Below are positions 8,972-18,512 of a stretch of 64,000 nucleotides of DNA, one piece after another; the first letter of the stretch is position 1, and each line of letters opens with the position of its first letter. The stretch is from Kiritimatiellia bacterium (GTDB lineage Bacteria > Verrucomicrobiota > Kiritimatiellia > RFP12 > JAAYLN01): the NCBI GenBank assembly GCA_045603485.1, contig JAZUMF010000117.1, positions 24,575 through 88,574 of the forward strand, read 5' to 3'. The translations under genes and the position numbers were made by a program. The notes under the pieces were generated by a model, which had not been told where the DNA came from, made no database searches, and worked only from the letters and a program-made list of their open reading frames with translations.

Positions 8972-9000
8972 ACTATATCAAAAGAATGGCTATATGTCAA
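8972..9000 (-). promoter_or_regulatory. sigma70-type promoter of tRNA-Cys
   Basis: TTGACA-17 bp-TATAGT on the minus strand. Confidence 0.8.
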
Positions 9001-9009
9001 ACAAAAAAT

Positions 9010-10233
9010 CTATTTCAGGATGAAATTCGCAAATGTCGGATAGATTTTTTCTGCCAGAAATTCATTTCGGGCAAGGTTTGCCGCGCCATTTTGAAGCTCA
9101 GAATAGAGTGACGGGTTGTTTATGAGGCGTAAGATTGCCTCTTCCAGCGACTTTGGCGAGTTGGCTTCGTAGGTTATTCCGGCATTGTACTGCCGAATGA
9201 GAGATGCACATTCTCCCTTTAAGGAGTTAAGTACCGGTAATCCGTATGATGTATAATCGGGTAATTTGTAGGGGACGGCTACTGCCGACTCGGTGTGCAT
9301 GGGAATGATTCCTATATTAGCCAGAGATAGTTCGCCACTTAGTTCTTGAGCGTTGAGGAATCCGTGGAAATGAATTGATTTGGAATCTTGCGCCATTTTG
9401 CGGAGTCGCATTTCATCGGGACCTGTGCCTACTAGGTCAAGTCTGATATGGATGTTTTTGCTTTCAAGGTTTTTTATGGCGGTGATTACTGTGTCAAGCG
9501 CATAGAAGGCTCCCATATTGCCGACATAGATTATCCGCCATATTTTTTCTCTGTTTTGTGTGCGGGGAGTTTGTGTTATCTTTCTGCAGGTATGGTAGAA
9601 TGATGCCATCGGGACCTTGCTTCCCGCGCTTTTTGCCGCATCAAGATAGTTTTTTGAAATTGCGGTAATTATATCTGCGCCGCAGTATGCTCTGGATGCC
9701 GACTTTTGCGCCGGCGCAAAAAAGGGCAATGAAAGAAGGCGTGTCAGGGCTTTGGGCTTAGGCAGAAGTCTTTCAAAGGCTTTTGGCCAAGCGTCCATTA
9801 TATCAAGGACGATTTTAGAGCCCCATTTTTTTCTGAGGGTATCAGCCGCTTTGTAGGTTGAAAGCGGTGGTGTGCTTACGATGATTATCTCGGGCTTCAG
9901 CCCTCCATCGTCAACTGTGTCTATGGCGATATTAAGCCATTTTTTTGCAAAATCACGATGGCTTTTTATCCTTTTCAGGGATATGTTTTTTTTGTATGGA
10001 AGAGTCGGTATAAGATGTATCTTGACTCCGTTTGGCATAGTGAAGATTTGAGGCAAGGGTGTGCCGTCAGGTGATTGCCTTTTTGCTTTTTTGGCATGGC
10101 TGAAATCGGCGCTCCACCATGTGACGCTGTGGCCTTGTTTGACAAATTCTTCAGCTAAGGAAGCGTAGCGTTGCGGCTTGGCGCCTTCGGCCGGAAGATT
10201 GTCGAATGGGTTGCAGATCCAAATCTCAGCCAT
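9010..10233 (-). CDS. GT4 glycosyltransferase (WbuB-like)
   Basis: GT-B features: STPP, DIMDAWP, YVGNMG, PYKLPDY..GLPV. Confidence 0.88.
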   Translation of the reverse strand: MAEIWICNPFDNLPAEGAKPQRYASLAEEFVKQGHSVTWWSADFSHAKKAKRQSPDGTPLPQIFTMPNGVKIHLIPTLPYKKNISLKRIKSHRDFAKKWLNIAIDTVDDGGLKPEIIIVSTPPLSTYKAADTLRKKWGSKIVLDIMDAWPKAFERLLPKPKALTRLLSLPFFAPAQKSASRAYCGADIITAISKNYLDAAKSAGSKVPMASFYHTCRKITQTPRTQNREKIWRIIYVGNMGAFYALDTVITAIKNLESKNIHIRLDLVGTGPDEMRLRKMAQDSKSIHFHGFLNAQELSGELSLANIGIIPMHTESAVAVPYKLPDYTSYGLPVLNSLKGECASLIRQYNAGITYEANSPKSLEEAILRLINNPSLYSELQNGAANLARNEFLAEKIYPTFANFILK

Positions 10234-11329
10234 TTTTATACCTCTCTATGGCATTAAGATATTCGGTGTGAAGCTCTGATGCGGTTTTGTCCCAAGTGAG
10301 GTTTTCTTTGATGTAGGCAATGGCTCTTTGCCCCATCGCTTGGCGTTCGCTCGATGGAAGCGCAATCAATTTAACCAGCGCTTTAGAGATGTCGTCGACT
10401 GTCGGCTCAACGGTGAAGCCGATTTCTTTCGCGTCAAGCATTTGCCAATAGGAGTTTTTTGTCGCAATCGCAATTTTGCCTAAGGCTAGAGCTTCTCCGA
10501 CGGTCATTCCGAAATTTTCGCTTTGGGATGGCAGTATTAGAGCATCGCATTTGGATAAAAGCTCCCAGCGTTTATCGTGCGAGACCGGGGGAAGGAATTT
10601 TACGGAGTTTTCTATTGCGAGTTCGGAGGCCTGTTTTTTAAGTTCGTTTAGCATGCCTCTTTCGTTTCTTCCGCAAATCGTCAGCGTTGCTCCTTCGTCT
10701 TGCGCGCCGGAAACGGCAAAGGCCTTTAGCAGGATGTCGACGCCCTTTAACGGATGGAGCCGTCCCAGATAGAGCAGGTTGTTGGTTTGACCAATGGCGC
10801 TTTTGGGGAGGTTGCCCTGCGGCCGCTCTATGCCGCAAGGGATTACGGTGATGCGCGGAGGTTTGCCGTTAAGATAGTTAGTTGCCCATTTTGCTTCAAG
10901 CTCGGATGCGGCATGGATAAATGACGCGTGTTTGCAAAGGGTCTGCTGCAACGGCTTAACTAAGGTTTTTTTCCATGCGGAATAGGCAAGCTGTACAGGC
11001 GCAAAAGCCCCATGGGGGGAGTGTACATACGGAACAGAATTTCGTTTGGCGATTCTGGCGGCGGCAATCACTGGGTAGGTCCAGCATCCGTGAATGTGGA
11101 TTATATCGGCTTCCCTTGCATATTTGTCGAGTCCCGAGGCAAAATCTTTGTTGTAATAAAACGGGTTTGCGTTATGGCTTGAAGGGTTCTCTGGGTCGTA
11201 CAGCCCCGCATTAGTGAAGATATTTACCGTGTCACCTTGGATGGCTTGGGCTTCAGCAAGACTTTGCACGAATAGAGCCAGTCCATTGCCGTCATCTGTC
11301 ATTTCTGCTAATACATGCAATATACGCAT
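10226..11329 (-). CDS. GT4 glycosyltransferase
   Basis: IHIHGCW, SPHG, YLGRLHPLKG, PSQSENFGMTVGEALA. Confidence 0.92.
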   Translation of the reverse strand: MRILHVLAEMTDDGNGLALFVQSLAEAQAIQGDTVNIFTNAGLYDPENPSSHNANPFYYNKDFASGLDKYAREADIIHIHGCWTYPVIAAARIAKRNSVPYVHSPHGAFAPVQLAYSAWKKTLVKPLQQTLCKHASFIHAASELEAKWATNYLNGKPPRITVIPCGIERPQGNLPKSAIGQTNNLLYLGRLHPLKGVDILLKAFAVSGAQDEGATLTICGRNERGMLNELKKQASELAIENSVKFLPPVSHDKRWELLSKCDALILPSQSENFGMTVGEALALGKIAIATKNSYWQMLDAKEIGFTVEPTVDDISKALVKLIALPSSERQAMGQRAIAYIKENLTWDKTASELHTEYLNAIERYKNG

Positions 11330-11334
11330 GACGA

Positions 11335-13233
11335 CTAGTCCATGAAGTCAAAGCCCAACTGCCCTGAGACCGTGACCTTGCGTCCTTTTTCAAAGGACGG
11401 GTCAGAGGTGTCGTAGATGCAGAATTTCACATCGGGAAAGCGTTTTGTGAGCGCATCCAAAACATAGTCCTGAACCAGCTTTATGTTACCTTGGTCGTCA
11501 TCTGAAAAGCCGACGCTTACAGGCCGCCAGGTGCCTCCTGTGCGAATCGAGTGTTCTACAATCCGAATGACATGCTCAACAAAGTCGCTGATTGCAAATT
11601 GCTTGCGCTTTTCCGGGTGAACAGGCTGATGCAGTTTGCGTTCGAGCCAATCGCTGAAATCAGGTGATGTTACGGCGTGGTAGCGGTTAAGTGAAAGATA
11701 ATGGTCGAGCTCCTCGCGGTCTGAACCAAAATGCTTTATGCCGTCATAGCAATAACGATAACCGCGTAAATTCGCCATCATCGTTTCGCGTTCTTCATCG
11801 GTTAAAACTTCGTTGATAAATGTTTCAACGCCCATCCGCAATGTTGCCGGAGAGTGCCCTCGCGCAGTGACGATAGCAAAAAGACGACCCTCTACAAGGG
11901 TTTTGCGGAAGGTCGTAAATGAGGGGCAGGGAGGTGTTTCTCCTGAAAGCACCTTCTTTATTGCCTCGCGAGTCTCTCTTAAAAAGGTGTTGTCATTTGA
12001 TGAGCCGCTATCCTGAAAGTCTTTGAAGGCTTCATCTCGGCTATTGTTCAGGAAGCGATAATTTTTTGTGTCTTGACGGACTACGCTATATATAGAGGTT
12101 GAAACTCTATGCGGTTTCCAAGACCCGTCCGGCTGAAGCTTCTCCAAATGGATGCAGGTCGGCATCTTGAGAATATTGTCATCCCAATCAAAGATGTAGA
12201 ATTTGAAATCGCGTGTCGCCACTTCGGTATTTACAGGACGATTGTCGTCAAACTTTTTGTCTATGTCGTCTTGTAAAATCTCTATCGTTTGATCAAATCG
12301 GGAAAATAGCATTCCGTCACGAATCGTTGCCGGGGTCGGGGTTTGCCCGATTAAGAACATATAGACCCATTTGCAAAAGTCGGCTCCTGCGGCGATAGAC
12401 ATTGGAACGCCACCGCCAAAACGGGGATTTATTTCAGTGAAGCGAAAGATGCCGTCATCTCCCTGAAAGCCTTGAACCGTTATCGGACCGATTGGCTTTA
12501 AGAGTGAAATAAGGCGACGGATTTCAGCGACTATCGTCGCATTAAGGTCAATTTGCCCTTTGAGGATTTCTCCGCTTCGTGTCGCGAGGCGTTTGCGCGG
12601 AATTGCTGCCATAAAGCGTGAATCAAAGTCGGCAAAGGCATCTATCGTATATTCCTGCCCCTGTTCGCATTTTTGTACTATCGGATTTTTTACATAATCC
12701 AGGAAAAAATCCAATTCCCGTTTATTTCTAACCTTAAAGGCGTCTACGCTTGAGCTGCCGTCACGCGGCTTGATGAAAAGGGGAAATTGATAATTTCCAT
12801 TTGAAAGCTCATTTTCAGAATAGGTCTCCGGAGTCGCGAAGCCGTTTTCCTGCAAAAAGCGTACGGTTTCAAATTTATCGCTGCAAATGGAAATGACATC
12901 GGGAGATGAGATTAATACTTTTGCGCCAGTTTTTTCAAAAATCTCGTTTTTTGCTTCAGAGAGGAGTAAAAGCTCGGTATCGATAGTTGGAATGATGATT
13001 GAAATCTCATCCTTCTTTGCGATTTCAATTATTGAAGCTATGTAATTGCCGGAGTCTATCCTTGGAATGACGCGAGCTTCATCGGCAAAACGCAATGCAG
13101 GCGCAGATATATCCGCATCGCAGCAGAATATCTTCCCATAGATGGATAGCGCTTCTCTCGCGGCAGCGAAGTTTTTTACAAGCTCTACGCGTCTTCCGGC
13201 GCATGTAATTAGGATGTTTACCTTGGAATTCAT
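11335..13233 (-). CDS. ATP-grasp ligase (polysaccharide-locus type) fused to a HAD-superfamily domain
   Basis: N-terminus ITCAGRR, IPTIDTEL, IKPRDGSSS, EINPRFGGG. C-terminus FDWDDNIL, IVTARG, GFSDDD. Confidence 0.8.
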   Translation of the reverse strand: MNSKVNILITCAGRRVELVKNFAAAREALSIYGKIFCCDADISAPALRFADEARVIPRIDSGNYIASIIEIAKKDEISIIIPTIDTELLLLSEAKNEIFEKTGAKVLISSPDVISICSDKFETVRFLQENGFATPETYSENELSNGNYQFPLFIKPRDGSSSVDAFKVRNKRELDFFLDYVKNPIVQKCEQGQEYTIDAFADFDSRFMAAIPRKRLATRSGEILKGQIDLNATIVAEIRRLISLLKPIGPITVQGFQGDDGIFRFTEINPRFGGGVPMSIAAGADFCKWVYMFLIGQTPTPATIRDGMLFSRFDQTIEILQDDIDKKFDDNRPVNTEVATRDFKFYIFDWDDNILKMPTCIHLEKLQPDGSWKPHRVSTSIYSVVRQDTKNYRFLNNSRDEAFKDFQDSGSSNDNTFLRETREAIKKVLSGETPPCPSFTTFRKTLVEGRLFAIVTARGHSPATLRMGVETFINEVLTDEERETMMANLRGYRYCYDGIKHFGSDREELDHYLSLNRYHAVTSPDFSDWLERKLHQPVHPEKRKQFAISDFVEHVIRIVEHSIRTGGTWRPVSVGFSDDDQGNIKLVQDYVLDALTKRFPDVKFCIYDTSDPSFEKGRKVTVSGQLGFDFMD

Positions 13234-13404
13234 CTCTGTATTTAAGCATAGCAGTAATTCAGTTATCTTTCAAGTAGTCTTGCTCGGTTTATAGGCCAAA
13301 AGCGCCCGGCATTCAGCGGTTGATGACTTCAAGGAGCGGATGGTTTTAGGAGTGAAAAAGAAATTTTGTCAGAAGCATAACTATTTTGATATAATTTAAT
13401 ACTT

Positions 13405-14451
13405 ATGAATAAAGATTGGATACTCATTACTGGCGGTAGCGGCTTTCTTGGAATCAATATGGTTAGAAAGCTGCTTGAGCATGGCGAAAAAAATATCCGT
13501 ATTATTGATATTGCGGAGTTTGACTACCCTGAGCGCGGGCAGGTAGATGCGATTTCTGGCGATGTCCGCGACCTTGATCTTATGCGTAAATGCATGAAGG
13601 ATGTCAAATGGGTTATTCATACGGCAGCCGCATTGCCGCTTTATTCTGAAAAGGATATTGTTACAACCGAGGTTGATGGTATGCGAAATACCCTTATCGC
13701 CGCTGAAGAGGCCGGGGTGGAACGCGTTATCGATATTTCCTCTACGGCTGTTTATGGCGTTCCTGATCACCATCCTCTTTATGAGACCGATAAGCTTGAT
13801 GGTGTGGGGCCTTACGGTAAGGCTAAAATTTTGGCTGAAGAGGTCGCTGTGGAGTTTCGCAAGAAGGGAATGTGTGTGCCGATTATCCGTCCAAAGTCCT
13901 TTATCGGCAAGGAGCGTTTGGGCGTTTTTGTCCTTCTTTACGATTGGGCATATACCGGCCATGGCTTCCCCATGATAGGCAGCGGAAATAACCGTTATCA
14001 GCTTTTGGATGTGGAAGACCTTTGTGATGCTATATGGCTTACTCTGACATCGGATGCAAAGGTCGTTAACGATACCTTTAATATCGGTGCCAAGGAATTC
14101 ACCACGATGAAGGAGGACTATCAGGCTGTTCTCGATAAGGCTGGATATGGCAAGAAAATCCGTCCGTTCCCCGCCAAGCTTGCTATTTTCGGTCTTCGCA
14201 TCCTTGAGAAGCTTGGCCTTTCGCCTCTCTATATGTGGGTCTATGAAACGGCTTGCGAGGATTCTTTTGTCAGTGTTGAGAAGGCGGAGGCCAAGCTTGG
14301 ATATTCTCCCCGTTTCTCAAACAAGGACGCGTTGATTCGCAATTACGACTGGTATGTCGAGAATCTTGACAGCTTTAAGAATAAGTCGGGTATTTCACAC
14401 AGGGTTCCATGGAAGCAGGGCATCCTTTCTCTTATCAAGCATTTCTACTAG
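13405..14451 (+). CDS. NAD-dependent epimerase/dehydratase (extended SDR)
   Basis: TGGSGFLG, HTAA, SSTAVYG, YGKAK. Confidence 0.92.
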   Translation: MNKDWILITGGSGFLGINMVRKLLEHGEKNIRIIDIAEFDYPERGQVDAISGDVRDLDLMRKCMKDVKWVIHTAAALPLYSEKDIVTTEVDGMRNTLIAAEEAGVERVIDISSTAVYGVPDHHPLYETDKLDGVGPYGKAKILAEEVAVEFRKKGMCVPIIRPKSFIGKERLGVFVLLYDWAYTGHGFPMIGSGNNRYQLLDVEDLCDAIWLTLTSDAKVVNDTFNIGAKEFTTMKEDYQAVLDKAGYGKKIRPFPAKLAIFGLRILEKLGLSPLYMWVYETACEDSFVSVEKAEAKLGYSPRFSNKDALIRNYDWYVENLDSFKNKSGISHRVPWKQGILSLIKHFY

Positions 14452-14472
14452 TTGTCAAGCCGGCTTGTCGCC

Positions 14473-15840
14473 ATGTCTAAATCACGCCGTTCTGCAAATA
14501 AAAAAAAGGGAATACGGGCTAATTTGGCGCGCCCTGAGGTGGATGTCACTTTACGCACATCTCTTTACTCTGTTTTTGCCATCGCCGCCGGTGCTGTCGC
14601 CATTCTTTTTATGCTTGGCACAGATTACCTGTACGATAATATCTATCCGGTATTGAGGTCAATGGGCCATGTTGAGCTGATTTTCGGCAGCCTTGTCGCT
14701 ATTGTGCTTGGCGCATTGCTTGTGGGGCTTCTCCAGTCGCGTTATCTTCCGGAACGGCGGCCTAACGCTATTCCTGATTTGAAGGTTTTTTATGCTAAGC
14801 CAAATGAGCGGTTTTCATTTAGGCAGGTTATAATAAATCTTGTTGCCGGTATTGTCAGCTTGGGCAGCGGAGTGAGTCTTGGTCGGGAGGGACCGACGGT
14901 CTTTATGGGCGGTGCTATTGCAACGGCTTGTGCTGATGCCATGGGGATGAAGTCTACCCGTCGTCGTCGTTTGGCTTGCGTTGCCGGCGCGGCTGCCGGT
15001 CTTGCCGCCGCTTTTAATACTCCTATCGCCGCTGTGACATTCGCATTGGAAACTATTACCGTTCGTTTTAATGCTCGACAAATGGGCGGTATTCTTATTG
15101 CTGCTGTTCTTGGAGCATGCGCAAGTTGGCTTGTGATCGGTCGTCACCCGTCGTTTCTTGTTCCTGAACTTTCGTCTCTTTCGGTGACTGGTTATGTTTT
15201 AACGCCTTTTGTTGCATTGCTTGCGGCAATGGTCGGTGTCTTTTTTCAGCGTCAGACCTTGCGTGCCCGTCTCTTTGCTAAGACAAAAACGAGCCTTGGC
15301 CCGTTTCTTAAACCGCTTGTCGGTGGCTTGCTTGTATGGGTAATCGCTATTCTTACTTATTATTTGTCAATGGCCATGGGGGATGCAAGACTAGGTGTTT
15401 TCGGTATGGGCTTTGACGATCTCGAGGCCGCTCTTGCCAATGAAATCCCATGGTGTGTCGCTTTACTGCTTTTGTTTGCCAAATTGGCGGCGACATCGTT
15501 GGCTTGTGCTTGGGGATGCAGTGGCGGTATTTTTGCTCCAACGCTCTTTTTCGGTACAATGACCGGTGTTTCGATTGCCGGCTTGGCTACGCTGTTCGGA
15601 GCTGATTTGGGTGATCATGGTATGCTTCTTTTGGCATTTGTCGGGATGAGTTCATGCTTCGGCACCGTTGTCAGAACTCCGCTTACGGCTCTTCTTATCG
15701 TCTTTGAGATGACTAGCCGCTACGAGATAATCCCGCCGCTTATGATCGCGACGGTTATCAGTCAGGCGTACGCCTATTATTTCAGCGACAAACTTAGTAT
15801 TTATGATGCGATTCTACGCCAAGACGGCGTGGAGCTGTGA
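14473..15840 (+). CDS. ClC family chloride channel/antiporter
   Basis: SLGREGP, GAAAGLAAAFNTP, GGIFAPTL, FEMT, C-terminal SIY; many TM segments. Confidence 0.93.
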   Translation: MSKSRRSANKKKGIRANLARPEVDVTLRTSLYSVFAIAAGAVAILFMLGTDYLYDNIYPVLRSMGHVELIFGSLVAIVLGALLVGLLQSRYLPERRPNAIPDLKVFYAKPNERFSFRQVIINLVAGIVSLGSGVSLGREGPTVFMGGAIATACADAMGMKSTRRRRLACVAGAAAGLAAAFNTPIAAVTFALETITVRFNARQMGGILIAAVLGACASWLVIGRHPSFLVPELSSLSVTGYVLTPFVALLAAMVGVFFQRQTLRARLFAKTKTSLGPFLKPLVGGLLVWVIAILTYYLSMAMGDARLGVFGMGFDDLEAALANEIPWCVALLLLFAKLAATSLACAWGCSGGIFAPTLFFGTMTGVSIAGLATLFGADLGDHGMLLLAFVGMSSCFGTVVRTPLTALLIVFEMTSRYEIIPPLMIATVISQAYAYYFSDKLSIYDAILRQDGVEL

Positions 15841-15850
15841 TTTGCGGCTA

Positions 15851-16654
15851 TCAGATTCCGCGTTCTTTTTTGATGGTGTCCCAGGCAGCGTTGATTCGTG
15901 ACATTTGTTCTGTCGCTTTTGCCATCAATTCTTCGGAAAGTCCTTGTGCCTGCAGTGCGTCGGGATGATACTTTTGCGCCTTTGTACGGTAGGCTTTTTT
16001 TAATTCTTCGTTTGAGGCGTTCTTGTCGCATCCAAGTGTGGCGTATGCGCTATCAAGGTCGTCTTTGTTATTTTGATGCTGCCTGTAGCTGTTTTCGTCG
16101 TTGGATCTACGGTAGTGCGCTTGCCGTTTGGCTTGCTGAAATACAAATAAGAACGGATTGATGCGTAAATGGTGTGTAAGAGTTCTGAGAATTGACAGTT
16201 CTGCGTCTGTTATCGAGCCGTCAGCGAGTGCCAAATCCCACAGGATGTCGTACAGGATTTCGCGGATTTCAAGATTAGGCTGCGCGCTGGTGAAGGAGTC
16301 GGCATATTCGAAAATAGTGTGATTGTCATCCTTTGCTTTTCTGAAGACGCGAATGCAGTATTCTCTTTTTTCAGGTGTCAGTCCCAGTCTTTGAAATGCC
16401 CTTTCGGCACTTTGAATCTCAGCCATTGAGATATGACCGTCAGCTTTGGCGAGTTTCGCCATCATCGCCGCCATTCCTGCCAAGAAGACGAGCTCGTTCT
16501 CCTTAGCGTCGCCGATTGCCTCTTCAGCTTCTTTTCTCTCTCGGCGACGCTCTTCGATGATGCTGCCGATGACAGTGGTTATCAGTATTCCCAGTGGCCC
16601 AATGCCTAAAATTCTGCCAAGCAGGAATCCCAGTCCTGCGCCTAACCATCCCAT
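15851..16654 (-). CDS. djlA: DjlA-like co-chaperone (TM, TerB-like and J domains)
   Basis: Gly-rich TM N-terminus, AKLAKADG, ALADG, C-terminal AY.TLG...KYHPD...RINAAWD. Confidence 0.9.
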   Translation of the reverse strand: MGWLGAGLGFLLGRILGIGPLGILITTVIGSIIEERRRERKEAEEAIGDAKENELVFLAGMAAMMAKLAKADGHISMAEIQSAERAFQRLGLTPEKREYCIRVFRKAKDDNHTIFEYADSFTSAQPNLEIREILYDILWDLALADGSITDAELSILRTLTHHLRINPFLFVFQQAKRQAHYRRSNDENSYRQHQNNKDDLDSAYATLGCDKNASNEELKKAYRTKAQKYHPDALQAQGLSEELMAKATEQMSRINAAWDTIKKERGI

Positions 16655-16670
16655 AGTAGAATCCTTAATT

Positions 16671-17426
16671 CTAGATGTGTTCTTCAAAACCTCTGAAGCC
16701 GACATTTAGGTCGTGAAGTGGTGCAATCAAAGTTCCAAGCGGCGTGCCTTTTGTATGCTCTGCAAGGGCATTGACATCTTTTGGAAAGCACTTGCCGCCG
16801 TAGCCGCGATTACCATCAGGGCCGGGAACGAAGGTGTGTGTGTCATTTATGTAGCCTGACAGGAGGCAACCGCGTTGAACCTTGAGGTAGTCAGCCCCGA
16901 AACGGCGGCAGTAGTCTTCAATGCAGTTGAAGTATGTGACTTTTAACGCTCCAAAGACATTATGGGCATATTTTGTGATTTCGGCTTCAAATGGCGTCAT
17001 CGTCACATAGTATTTGCCGGGGAATATCTTTTTGAGCAGTTCCTCTTCGCCGGTAAATACCATTGGCTGGCGCTTGAAATCTTCAATGTATGTGCGTTCC
17101 GTAAGAAACTCAGGCATAAAGCGGACTTGATGACCGGTTTCTTTTGTCAGAAGCTCTGAGGTGCCGGGTAAAATAGTCGTTCGGACGAAGACCGGCTTGT
17201 TTGGGAGCTTTGAAATAAGTTCTTTCATCAATGTGAGGTCTTGTTTGCCTTCATCATTTGTAGGAACATGTATTTGCAGAAAATATACATCTGCGCCTGA
17301 GATGTCGTCATTCATCCCCTTGGGAGGGTCGCTGACGACAATTTTCACATCTTTGTTGTTCTCTTCAAGCCATGCCTTCAACGCACCGCCGACGAATCCA
17401 CATCCGATAATTCCAACGGTAATCAT
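16671..17426 (-). CDS. Short UDP-glucose/GDP-mannose dehydrogenase family protein
   Basis: GCGFVG, VPT, FMPEFL, K..HN, GYGGKCFPKD. Ends about 30 aa after the catalytic Cys. SD GGAGG before ATG 17426. Confidence 0.85.
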   Translation of the reverse strand: MITVGIIGCGFVGGALKAWLEENNKDVKIVVSDPPKGMNDDISGADVYFLQIHVPTNDEGKQDLTLMKELISKLPNKPVFVRTTILPGTSELLTKETGHQVRFMPEFLTERTYIEDFKRQPMVFTGEEELLKKIFPGKYYVTMTPFEAEITKYAHNVFGALKVTYFNCIEDYCRRFGADYLKVQRGCLLSGYINDTHTFVPGPDGNRGYGGKCFPKDVNALAEHTKGTPLGTLIAPLHDLNVGFRGFEEHI

Positions 17427-17621
17427 TATTAGAAACCTCCAAAAGTGTTGATAGAACGATACAATCTTGACCGACATTTCTTTCCATTATATAACTTTTT
17501 CTTAAAAAAGTAAAAAAATAGCGAATGAAGCGCACCTGTCCACATAGACGGATGTGGCCGCCGGAAGAATAGCGCTCGGTTTAATGATATACGCAAGGGC
17601 AACGCAGCATTGCTGCTAATG

Positions 17622-17891
17622 CTACCTGCGAGGGATTGTGTTGTGCCTGTAGAGGTAGTACAGGACGAGGTCTGTGCCGATAATTATGAAGTTAAGGACA
17701 TAGAGCCAAACGCGCCAATCATATTCGGGCGATGTAACCTTGTAGAGAATACCTGAAACATAGCCCATTTCAATAAGTACCATAAAGAGCGGGCTTTTGC
17801 CTGCAACGATATGTGTGCGAAGTGCCTTGATAATTGAAAAAGGCCAGCTTGATGCAAAGCACAAGAGCATGATAACTTCAAAAATCGCCAT
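17622..17891 (-). CDS. Small 3-TM membrane protein (PQ-loop/SemiSWEET-like)
   Basis: 89 aa hydrophobic ORF, SWPFSIIK...GKS, SD AAGGA; in line with ruvA. Confidence 0.7.
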   Translation of the reverse strand: MAIFEVIMLLCFASSWPFSIIKALRTHIVAGKSPLFMVLIEMGYVSGILYKVTSPEYDWRVWLYVLNFIIIGTDLVLYYLYRHNTIPRR

Positions 17892-17921
17892 TTTATTTCC
17901 TTCTTAAGGTTGGATTGTTCT

Positions 17922-18512
17922 TTATCTTGACGCAAGAGCCTTCCTGACGAGTTCGTCGGTGTGACTCTTATCAGCACCGGCCTCAATTGCCGCAAGAACC
18001 ATTTTGTACGCCTGTTCCTGTGAGAAGCCAAGCTGGGAGAGCGCCAATACGGCATCGCGTGTATTGGCGTCGACGGTGCTGGTGCTGTTTGGCGATGCCA
18101 TAGCTTCAACAGGGTCGATTTTGCCTTTGAGTTCAACAACGATGCGCTCCGCCGTTTTTTTACCGACGCCCTTTACAGTTCCTAATCTTTTGGCATCGCC
18201 ATTGACGATGCAGCGTCGGAAGTCCGTGATTGACAGACCGTCAAGGACGGCTATCGCGAGCTTTGGACCCACTCCTGAAATCGCAAGCAGGAGGTCAAAG
18301 ATCTTTCGTTCATCTTTTGATGCGAAGCCGTAGAGTTGTTCGTCGTCTTCTCTAACTACATGACGGGTGTGAATACGGCACTCTTGCCCTATGGAGGGGA
18401 GCTCATTGTAGGTGCCGATGGTGATTGTCACTTCATATCCGACACCGCCGCATTCAATAATTGCGGAATTAGGCGCCTTTTCAAAGAGAATGCCATGGAG
18501 CATCGCTATCAT
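17922..18512 (-). CDS. ruvA: Holliday junction DNA helicase subunit RuvA
   Basis: MIAMLHG, GVGYE, VRED..LYGF, SGVGPK, GVGKKTAERIVVELK. Confidence 0.97.
   Translation of the reverse strand: MIAMLHGILFEKAPNSAIIECGGVGYEVTITIGTYNELPSIGQECRIHTRHVVREDDEQLYGFASKDERKIFDLLLAISGVGPKLAIAVLDGLSITDFRRCIVNGDAKRLGTVKGVGKKTAERIVVELKGKIDPVEAMASPNSTSTVDANTRDAVLALSQLGFSQEQAYKMVLAAIEAGADKSHTDELVRKALASR

Noticed and set aside
17525-17625. Short hairpins (CCACAT/ATGTGG, GCAGCA/TGCTGC) as a possible riboswitch
   Set aside because: Stems are short and match no riboswitch consensus I recognise.
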